Assembly: GCA_020536535.1 (NCBI GenBank)
Contig: JAHLWZ010000004.1
Span: 62,001 to 126,000, forward strand
Length of the DNA: 64,000 nucleotides
From: Pelomyxa schiedti
Lineage: Eukaryota; Protista; Evosea
Direction of reading: 5' to 3'
In this document: positions 54,098 to 64,000 of the stretch, one piece after another
Layout: each line of letters begins with the position of its first letter
Position numbering within the stretch: the first letter of the stretch is position 1
Translations under genes and position numbers: made by a program
Notes under the pieces: model-generated
Seen by the model: only the letters and a program-made list of their open reading frames with translations
What the model was told of the DNA's origin: nothing
The model's database searches: none

Positions 54098-56806
54098 TTA
54101 GGGGCTTTTGTAGGAGACAAGCCATTGTTCTATGTTACTGTCCAAGCCAGCCCTGGAGTCTATGTTGGACATAGGGTATCTTCCGTCTTGTGTTATCCAT
54201 GGGTGTTCCTTGCGAAAATGTTAAGAGGAGTTTAAAACCATATAACAGGGAAAACCATCATTTGTTGTGCTGTTATTCTCTTCGGGGCTGCAGGTTCAAA
54301 CATCCGTTTCAACAAGTCTTGAAGAAGGGGATGAATAGGAACACGAAATTCAAGTCTTCTCAGAATTAATAGAAACTACAGAAATAAAAAGTGCTACGTT
54401 TCAGGTCGGCACTGTGGAATTTTCTCGACATCGGCACAAGGTAAAGACCCCTGGCACAGGCCGTATATGACAACGGCTGTACTCCATATATCTACCTCTT
54501 TTCCGTATCCATTTCCTAAAATGGTAAGTATATGGTGAAAAGCAGTTAACAACCTGTTGTAGTTTCTGGTGCATTGAAAGCGCGTGTTCCCGCAACGGTG
54601 TATGCAATAGGGCCTCGTTTTGATGCACTGAAATCGCCAATTACGACTCTCAGATCTTTAGTCACAAATATATTTGGGAGCTATCAAAATTAGATTCTAA
54701 AACAATCACTAGGTCAAACCTTAATGTCGCAATTGATCACGTTCTTTGAATGAACTATTTCGGAGGTTAGAAATGATAAAGACAAGCAGTCAATACTGTG
54801 AAGAAGTCCACAGCTTAGGTCTCTGCAGCACAGCCACAGTCTGGAAGCGGACAGAGGAGGCCACGAACGTGTCACCATTTGGCTGTGCCTAACAATAGAA
54901 CCCTGTTCGCAGTATTCATAAACTACATAATGTCAATGCATTCAATTTTAAGGTACCCTCACCTCCCCAACATCTTCCTGTCCATTGAAAATGCTCTAGA
55001 ACTCTCTCCACATTGGGATGCCGTAATTCCTCATGCAGAGTGACTGTTAGGTCATTGGAGGGATATGACTTCGCAATCTTAATTTTTTATGTTGGTTAAC
55101 TGATGGGTTTTCTCCAACAGCACACATAAATGTTGTTCTTCTCATCTTTTACAAAGTAGACCAAAGCATGCTTTCCTTTCTCAATTTTATCTCGAAATTC
55201 ATCAGTTGTTTCAAGGCATTGTTTATATGTTTTCCCAGACACAGAAGAGTGAAGTGTGAACCCCTCCTATAGAGCTTTAGAAGTTGAATCTCATGTTTGT
55301 AGAGTACGGTTCCCCCCAGGTTGGTCTCTATCGTTTTGGTTGGTACTGCATAAGATGGTCCACCTGCAACAGGTGTAGTTGGAACACTCGGACACTCGTC
55401 GTTTGTAATTTGTGGTGGCTTGGCTTCAATAACAAGCTTCACTCTTGATTTCTGAGATATACGTAAGAAGGAACAACACAGATTTGTGAATCAACATTCT
55501 TGGACAATGTGGGGGGGGTTGCCAGGACATTATCAAGAATTTTCCTGTAGTTGCAACCCTTTTGGCAAAACTTGCCGCTTTCATTTTCCTGTGAAGATTG
55601 AGAAGCGGGAGGGAAAAAAGGAAATTCACCTCTTTCTGGACTTCATTGGAAAACATAAATAACAATTTTCTCCCCAAAACATAGGGGTCTTCAGGGCTCC
55701 ATGTTGACGCCTGAACGCTAAGTTCCTGAGTTATAATTAGTTGCCAGATTGCAAAGCACGTGGTTCAGTACCACCAACAAGGGGACAATATTACGCTTAT
55801 CTAACCAACTATCAGCAACCCGACGGTCTATAGGCAACTGTCGCCCCCGGTGAGGCACCGTCACACACGCGTCATCATCAACGGGAAACCCAAAACCAGA
55901 ACCAGCACCAGAGTTGGGGTTATAGCCAATACGAGCAAATGGCAGAGCGTCATTGCTAGAAGAAGCTGTTTGCTCTCTAGACAAAGGTGAAAGAACAGGG
56001 ACAGAACGAGCGGGGGGGCACTGTAACGCACACGGACTCAAATGCGAATTCGGTGACGCCGATGTAGTACAAGGAGGCGGAATGCGCAACTCGGTTGCCA
56101 CATCGGGAGGAGGAGCTCGTTGCAAAGGAAGCAAAGAATTGCGCGGCGGCAGAATTAACGAGGGGGAAGGCTCCCTCGAGTTCTCAATATGCACATTCCT
56201 GCATTCATGTGCCACTGGTGGCAATTCGAGCTTGTGACGCAGCAAGGGGGGCGAAGGCGTGGGAAGCTCTTGAGCGCGCCTCTCTTGGGCGTGATGTGAT
56301 GGTGTTGCTGCTGATGTTGTTGTTGTTGATGTTGATTTTGTCAGAGGGGATAATTCCGACCTGGGCTTGAGCGACGGCGCGGACAGTGAAAACGCCGGTC
56401 GCTGTGTCAGCGACGAGGTGGCGTGCTTCGACTGGTTCGGCGGGTCGGAGGCCGACAGCGCAGCCAAATCCGATCTGAAGTGGTACTGGGACTTGAGGGA
56501 CGGCGGCGGCGCCACAACAAGGGGCTGCGCGTGGCGGTCGACCACCGGGGACGACCACGGAGGCTGCTGCTGCCCATTCGGCTCCCCTTCGGCCTTCGCG
56601 GCGGAAACGGGAGGAAGAGGAACAAGAAGAAGAGGCGGGGAAGAAGACGGCGCGGTATTCGGGAAATCCACGACGAAATTCGTGGACACGCAGCCGCGAT
56701 TGTGGGAGGAGGGCAGGGGAGGGAAGGCTGCGCGGTGGCCCGACGTCTCTGGCGTGCACGAGCTCAGCGCCCTCGAGCATTCGTGCAACGAGCCCGTCCT
56801 CTCCAT
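54098..56806 (-). CDS. Divergent Ser/Thr protein kinase with long Pro/Ser-rich N-terminus
   Basis: LRHPNV, YEYCEQG, IHSKNVINCDIKLPN, GDFS, AGTRAFNAPE, VDIWS, RITAQQMMEHPWI. Confidence 0.8.
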
Positions 56807-57194
56807 GTCATGCGTGGTGGGTCGTTGTTGGTCCGTCCTCGACCGGGGTTTTACTCCCGTGTGGGTGCGTGTGGTGCTAGTTGATTGTGGCTAAATTACT
56901 CTAAAGAAAAAAAAACCCAAGTAACAACAACAAAAAAAAAGTAAAAAGGAAGAAATAAAGTTTCGGGCCGTTGTAACTCGGGGGACAAAACAGGATAGAT
57001 CTGGGGCACTAGTTTTCCGTAAATGGGCTCAGATTGGTCTTCTTCAACCCCCCTGTTCAACTCATACACTTGTACAACAAGCGTGAATGCAGCACACGTT
57101 TGTCATGGGGAGTAAAACCGCCACAAAACACACCATAACCAAAAAATGGAAAAGGGTCTATATGAACAAGAATTCCTTTCTTGGGGGAATTCTG

Positions 57195-58936
57195 TCAGGA
57201 ATTTGTTGTTGGTGTTGTGGTTGTGGTGGTGGTTATTGGGGTGGTTGTTACAGGTGGGTCCTCTAGTTCTACTTCCGGTTTAAGGTCTTCCACTGTCATC
57301 TCTTCGTCATCGTCATCTGTTCCATTTAGAGTGTCTAGTTCAAGTTGTGACAGCTTAGGCCCCTGAAAGAGCTTGGATCGAATCAGTCGAAGCTGTAGAA
57401 CAATGAACTTCCAGTGTTCCAAGCCATAGAATAACTGCGGGTATTTGGGACCGTTTTAGTCAAGCATGAATGTGCACATTGGGGGGAATTTACCGAGTTA
57501 AGGAAGCCCTGTGACTCTTGGAAAATTATGTGTACAATCTTTGTAGGCATTAAAGTGAATTATTAAACCGTAAGGTTACCTGCATTCCCATCCCTTGTCC
57601 TCCGGGATCAGCCCAGTTCCATACACGGTTGATTGTCGGTGGAACCTAGACAACATTAGAAAAGAGATATGAACATCTAAGGGCATACCCCTTTGATTAC
57701 AAGAAAGTGTTCAATAGAAATATTTGAGATAAGTTTCGGAAAAAAAAAGTAAAAGGAAAACCCACATGTGACGAATAAGATGAGTGGATATGGTGACAAC
57801 TGCCGCAAGACTTTCTTCATATACCTCCTTGTGAGCTCTTTGGATTTTTTTGACAGTTTTGTTGCCTTGCCGCGGTGAGCACCCTGATCTATACTCTGGG
57901 CTCTTTCTCTTGTATCTTTGTATATTCCTGGCGATAAAGTAAATTATTAAAATAGGCAGAGGCGTCTTTACTTCGAGCGACAATTGCATAAATTACAGTG
58001 ATGAAGAGAAAAGAAAGCCACAGAGGTATATACGCAAAATAAATTCTTTGCTGAACTCCATTAAGCCAGCACCATGCCACTAAAGAACGGTTAATAATTC
58101 CATAAAAAGAGAACAGAAAATACCAACAACACCATACCCCTCCGCCACATCAAAAAGTGGAAGTATGGCAACCACTATTGCCGGGAGGTACGCAATGACC
58201 ATGAAGAGCCAATCTCTGAACCACCATGACTTGAGGGGTCGTAAATGTAAAATTGCTTGCAGAAACCTGTTCACATTAATACTATTCCTGGAAGAGAATA
58301 TATAAACCACAGAAGAGGGTTCAATTACATAACAATGGCGATATTGTCAACCCATATAAAGCTTGCAAGCATTCCGGTTTGGTGTCCAAATCCTGTTACC
58401 TACGTCAAAAAAGTTCTGTGTAAGTAAATTTGTCTCATGACATTACATACATCACATAAGGCATTTGGAGTATGTCCATCAGAAGCAAGATAAGAGCACA
58501 GAGAAATGGTGACACATGTCTGCTAGGAATTATTCATTATCAGAATTATAGTGGCGCTCACCACTGACAGCAGGTCGCATGCACACAAATTGACAATCAT
58601 TCTTGACCTGAAATTTCTTGCCCGTTTCAACACGCAGCTATTTATTGTTTGTTAAACATGGAAATAGCAATTTGAAAGAAGAGAGGAAAAAAAAAAACGG
58701 AAAAAAGCATTCCCGCCCTATAACAAAAGGAAGAAACCTTGTACATACAAGCACATAATAACAAATGCACTGCCAATCCACGAAAGCAGTGCCGACACAA
58801 GTCCCACAATTGCCACGACGTAATACTGCACATCGACCGTTAAAATTCAAAGAAACCCCAAGAAGTGCGACCGTGCCTTTGGGTGACCATCTCCCGTTGA
58901 ACTGCTGCTCACAACGTCGCTTGTGGAGCTGTTCAT
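57195..58936 (-). CDS. cAMP-receptor-like (cAR/Crl/GCR1-type) GPCR
   Basis: N-terminal NSS; TM1 VSALLSWIGSAFVIMCLY; LSVADMC; MLASFIWVDNIAI; YG..AWCWL; YIPLW; SQGFLNS; multiple hydrophobic segments. Confidence 0.8.
58826..58876 (-). other. GC-AG spliceosomal intron (51 nt)
   Basis: AAG|GCACGG...GTGCAG|TAT joins MNSS...GHPK to YYVVAIVG (TM1); the nearby GT donors all give the wrong phase. Confidence 0.65.
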
Positions 58937-59174
58937 CGTCGACGACGAGGGCGACAGCGATATCGTAAACCGTTGCGATTTTAGTTCTATGAGAACGTTC
59001 GTTCGAACTTGGTGATGAAACCGTTGGTGTTTTGATTTCTGAACTCAGTGATCTTACAGTCGGACAACAAAAGAATCAACAGACCGGAATGCTGTGCATT
59101 TTTGGTTCAAAGGGGGCACCGAGGCATTTGGCGTACCTAAACAATATTGTTTCTTTTCTTATTGAGAAAGAAAC

Positions 59175-60239
59175 TTAGTTTTGAGAGGGTGGGGGTATGT
59201 CTATTGGGGCAGGTGGTGCTATAACGTCAACAGGTGCTGCGGGTGAAGTTTCCGTGCTGGAATCGCTTGTGGTTGCGGCTGCGGCCGTGACTTTGGGGGG
59301 AGGTGCCCATTTTGTAGCCTTTTTTGTGTGTTGGAATTCAAAAAAAAAGAAAAAGAAAAGAAACAGGAGGAGAGGGGAAGTACGGTTTTAAGGGCGCCGA
59401 CTACAGATTGTATCTCGGTATTGCTCGGATCAACACCAGGAAGCTGCCCAAGGAGTACATCGAATTCATCTTCCCGCATGTATTCCTGTCACTTGTGAGA
59501 AGCAAAGCCTCACTTGGGCGTGAATTTACCAAAATTGACCTCGGAGGCTCCTCTTCAGGTTCCTGTTTCTTAATGGGTGCCGGCTTGATTGGTGCCGGAG
59601 CATTTTGAAGTTGGGCAAGAGTCATCTGCAATGCAACAGCAATATTTGGGGATACTGTAGAGGGTATGTATCCCATGGAATCCATATGTTTTCGCCCGGG
59701 CCGTGGAACTGGGACTGGGGTAGAAGTTGGAGGGGGAACTGGCTTAGGTTGTTCAGGGGCATTAGTATCTGGTTTTGAGTCAGTTGGCGGAGCCTTTGGT
59801 TCGTCACTTGACTTCTTGGCGCTGTTCAGAGACAATTCAAGTGCTAGTTGCATGTCTTCATCCTCTTCAACCATGGTTTTTCTTGGTGTAATTTTGCTCG
59901 CTGGACGCAAAGCGCGGGAAGATGCAGCTGCCGCAGCCTCAGCTGCCACTGAGCTCAGTGATGGGGCGTGTGACCCTGTTTCGCTCGATGGTGGAGGGAG
60001 TGGTGGAGGTGGAATTGGTTGTGCATCTTGCTTGGGTTCCTGTTTATCCAGGTGAGTTTGGGTTTTTAGCATAAATGAGCCACAACTGAGGAAGCCTCCG
60101 CCAGCGACAGTGCCATGGCTTGCCGCAATTCCTCTTCTTCATCTGTGGCAGCAGCACCTGCATGACTCTCTCCACTCGCTTGTTTTTTTGTTGTTTTTTT
60201 TGTCAGAAGTGAAATATAAATAAATGCAACCACTACCAT
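59175..60239 (-). CDS. Multi-UIM protein with Rpn10/PSMD4-like C-terminal module, lacking vWA
   Basis: UIMs DEEEELRQAMALSLAE and EDEDMQLALELSLNS; C-terminal FDVLLGQLPGVDPSNTEIQSVVGAL resembles Rpn10 FLQSVLENLPGVDPNNEAI. Confidence 0.7.
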
Positions 60240-60591
60240 TCTGCGTTGCAGGTGGCATATGAAAAGACAGCATTGAAGCCAACAAGGCCTAGGCAACCAG
60301 ACAGGTTCGTTAGTGTGTACCACGACAAAGAAATAGTGTCAGTCTCACGTCACGTCACTTTGCTTACTGCGTTGAGATCGTAGTCATCGTTGTTGCCCGT
60401 CATTTTCTATCAGTACACCGTTTTTTTTTTTTGTTTTTTGTTTATCTATTTCTTTCAAAGCCTAACTGACAGAGAAACACCCGAAGGGGAATGCTGTCAC
60501 ATCATTCACCACGGAAGTGTAACACAGAAAAGGGTCAGAACTCAGGGACAGCTTGGACAAATCGAGAACAAAAGCACAATACACGAAATTG

Positions 60592-61577
60592 ATGGACGGG
60601 AACGAAGGCGATGGCGGTGCAAGACGGAGAACGAGATTTGTGAAGAAGTATTTTGTTACTGACTACGCCAAGGCACGTCACTGCTCCCTAGGAGATTTTT
60701 TTTTTTGAGACCTAATGGCAGGCACCCATAAGACAGGGAAAAGCAGGTGCAAGTACAGTGGGTGCAAAACCAGAATTGAAGGCAGACTGGTGCGACTCGG
60801 GCGAATAATGCACAACCCTTTCGACCCAACTGGTGGCTCTATGGTCAAGTAAGTAACCCACAATACTTTTTTTTTTTTTGTATCATGCATACAATCAACA
60901 TTAATCAGTGAAGCTGGTACCACCCCGAATGCCTATTCATGGGTGCAATGCGTACCCTCACGCGCTGTGGGGCAAAACACAAGAAGGAGCCAACGTGCGG
61001 CGACGCCATGCCCAGGCCAGAGTCCCTGGGAGCTGTGGTTCTCAAATTCCTGAGAGACACTGAGGATGTGAAGGGGTTCGGCAGGCTTGCGCCCAAAGAC
61101 CAGGATTCGCTCCGCCATTTGCTGGAGACCCACATCCCGCCGCTGATTGAATTGTACAACAACCTGAACAAGGAGAGAGTGCCTGATACTAGCAGTGACA
61201 CTACATCACCCACGCTTTGCACAACAGCATCAGCAACAGCAACAACAAAAACAACAGAACCAGCACAGTCGGCTTTCTTTGACAATCCCAGAGGGTCTGA
61301 GTTGTGTGATGTCACCCGCTGGTATTACAAGGATGATAGCGGCGATGGCTCAGACTCGTCGGGATGGATGCCGTTCTCTGTAAGCACAGACATAGAGGAG
61401 GCATTTCAGGCACACCAACCAATGTGTAAGGTAAAGCCTCTTGCTACTCCTTTTTGTGTATTCATACATGGCCTCATCAAGGTTAGTGAAGAACAGTTCA
61501 TTGACTTTGAAGAAATGCTCCTGAGGTTCTTTGGTGACTTTTCTGCTTCCACAGCAAAACCAGTACGAAGAGGGTGA
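60592..61577 (+). CDS. PARP-type zinc finger + WWE domain protein (no catalytic domain)
   Basis: DYAK...RCKYSGCKTRI...VRLG...KWYHPECLF...VKGFGRLAPKDQD (PARP-type ZnF); RWYYKDD...GWMPFS..DIEEAF...FIDFEEM...PVRR (WWE). Confidence 0.75.
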
Positions 61578-61673
61578 AGGAATGCACCTGTTCCATTCAA
61601 CCAGAGCCATTGATGTTACAAATAGAATGAGTTTTTACACTTTTGTTTAGTTTATATTGTCTGTCTCTTTGAG

Positions 61674-64000
61674 TCAACTTGAATGTGTGACTGTTGCCTT
61701 TTCACCCAATAATGCTGTGTAGGCATGTTGCAGGTCAGGCTCGTAGATTGCACGTTGAGTATCAGGCAAAAATCTCACTGTGGATTAGTTATACCCGCCG
61801 CAATTTTCGCCAAGTTATTACCAAGGGAAAGTGCACGACCCATCCACTGCTCAGCCTGTTTGTATTGATGGTTGGTTAGTTGTATTCCATACCCTCGCGT
61901 CACACTTTTGTGGTGTCGTGCACTCTGTGATAGTACACTGCATTGTTCTGGGCGGTGGCTAGCAACCACTGAAGTTCAGTTGCAGGGTATTCTCCTGAAG
62001 TGGTATTAGATTGGGAATAAACTGTGACAGCACTGGTACCACGCTGTAAGCCATGGAGGATTTGCAGAATTTCAGTAAAGAACACCTGGAAATGTGAACC
62101 TTGGTTGGAAAGTAGGGAGGAAAAAACCTCGGTGGCATCACGACTGAATTGAAGTGTGATTAAGAACCTTAAGTTCGCATGAGATAAAAAATAAGGGATA
62201 TCAAATCTTGCCGGAATATTGAGGCTAAAGGAAGTCACAGTGGGACACAAAAAAGAGAGGATATACATGTCTTCTTGTAATTTATTGGAGGGTGGGTATT
62301 ATAGAACCTCAGTGCTAATCTCAAAGCTTCCTGGCACACTACTGAGAGTAAGTGAACCAAGAAGAAGGGTTATCCTCACGTGTGAGATTTGTAGAAGGTC
62401 CGTCATTACAAATACTTGCAATGTGCAGTATGATGTTTCCTGTCATCCCAGGAATTTTTTCAGCTGCTCTTAGAAGGCCCATAAGCACGGTGGGATCACT
62501 TTTATTAAAGTAGGACCTTGCCTGTCACTCATGAGTGCAAGGCTTATTTTCAAGTCCAAAAAAGAACCTTGAATTCCATTAAATGCAACAGTGGAAAAGC
62601 TTTCTGTATTTGAAGCGCTACAGAAATATTAATCATTGGTTCATTTTTCTTAGAGATCACCTGCTGGTGTAAGTGTTTGCATTTGATTGCACACATTCTT
62701 GCATGTTTCTATCATGGAAAGAGTCTCCCGAAGTGGTTCTTCCTGAAAGTTGTTTGAACGAACGATTGATGGATATGTATCATCGCCTTACCAATGCTGA
62801 GGAACTAGAGTGAAGCCGGTCAAGCTTTTCGAACATCGCTCCAATTGCCATCTTGGAATCCTTAAATAAAAAGAAAAAAACGCTGGAACGAATAACCAAA
62901 AGAGATCTAATGTACTGATCAGTTTAACGAGGAAACAAGTTGAAGGTACTTGTGTTGCATGTCCAAGGACTGTATTGTAGTACCTAGCAGAGTACTGAAG
63001 GTCCTATTCCCAGTTAGGAAAATGCATTCCCCAAAAACTCACCATGCGCTCTTAAATAAAGCGAGAGCATGGTCAAACTCAGTACGAGAGATGGCACAAC
63101 ATCTGAGAACAGTATTCAGATGAAACGGGAAAAAGAGGGCACTGTACCCCATATTCCATGAAAAAGAATTGAACCTACACAAATCTTGTCAGTGTGCAGC
63201 TTAAGTTGCTCAACCATTGGATCTCTTCCACGGTAGAACCAAAGACCACCTGGGCTCCAAACTTTGAAATCCAGTCACATAGAGTCTTAGTTTATTGTTT
63301 GCAGAACTTCTTTGAGTACTGAAATCTTACCTTGATATGGTGTGAAATTTTCACCAGCTGGACAACTGGGATCAAATCCGCAGTAGTGTTCCTAAAGTTT
63401 GTAAGAGCCTACTACCTAGTGGAAAGGTATACAGGGCCGTTGCAGAACCAAAATCGTTTTTTGCGAGTATTTTAACGAGACTTCTGGTGAGAATGGCAGC
63501 ATGCCCTGGGACTGACGAATCCGGGTGATAGTTGCACATAAGAGACTCAAGTGCACCTGCCGCCACTTCAAGTTCTTCCATCTGAAAATAGGTGCCATTC
63601 AAAGAGGAGAAGGTGAAAGGGAATAAACTTCAAATGCAGTTTGAGCACACAGTTCTGATTGGTGTGAGAATACTGAGTACCAACAGAAAAACATACCGAC
63701 ACATCCCTGCCAAAGCTCGGATCCAGCAAAGTTCTCGCAGATTATCTTTAATTCTTCTTTGCCTGATATTATTTTAGGGAAGGCATTTTCAACAGTATGA
63801 CTGCACATCGCAACAGGTCCCTCAAATGGAGCTGTGCAGCAAATAAAACGTAGTGCGCGGAAATTTGTGACGAATCGTGTTTTAGAGACTCTTGTACCAC
63901 TCTGACTGCTTCAGTGTAATTTTTCAGCTGTAAATTGCACTGCCCTTGAACTCTAGGAACTCGTATTTTACATTGGAAAGCCGCCAAGAAAATACCTCAG
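61674..64000 (-). CDS. ZIP4: Meiotic TPR protein SPO22/ZIP4/TEX11, 3' part (continues beyond window)
   Basis: TPR-like helices with WNMG and C-terminal ELQWLLATAQNNAVYY...AEQWMGRALSL..FL....YEPDLQHAY, resembling the TEX11/ZIP4 C-terminus. Confidence 0.7.

Overview
Gene-dense eukaryotic nuclear DNA with about 24 protein-coding genes. The genes are broken by many short (mostly ~40-55 nt) spliceosomal introns, which is why the six-frame ORF track is fragmented; gene models below were spliced by hand and their ends are approximate. Gene content (tandem coronin-7, cAMP-receptor-like GPCR, LRR-Ras, SEL1 and ankyrin-like repeat genes) plus an anaerobe-type transcarboxylase suggests an anaerobic amoebozoan (Archamoebae, Pelomyxa-like); this is inference. 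Recognisable genes: NAPE-PLD-like (3' part), Nup50-like, BCAT, coronin-7, DUF4127, ABCF3/GCN20, RhoGEF, SIRT6/7-type sirtuin, SMC5, ZW10, a Ser/Thr kinase, a cAR-like GPCR and the 3' part of SPO22/ZIP4/TEX11. Highlights: (1) a single-chain AccD-AccA-PycB-BCCP biotin transcarboxylase with no biotin carboxylase domain; (2) a 94-aa syntaxin-like mini-SNARE ending in a CaaX box instead of a TM helix, with Ser at the zero layer; (3) a 332-bp hAT-type MITE with an 8-bp TSD inside a ~5.5-kb zone of decaying duplicates; (4) several unusual domain architectures (beta-helix-sirtuin, PARP-ZnF-WWE, split-PH RhoGEF with an SAH rod, vWA-less Rpn10-like UIM protein, LRR-Ras with altered G-boxes); (5) two GC-AG introns. 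No rRNA, tRNA or CRISPR was seen.
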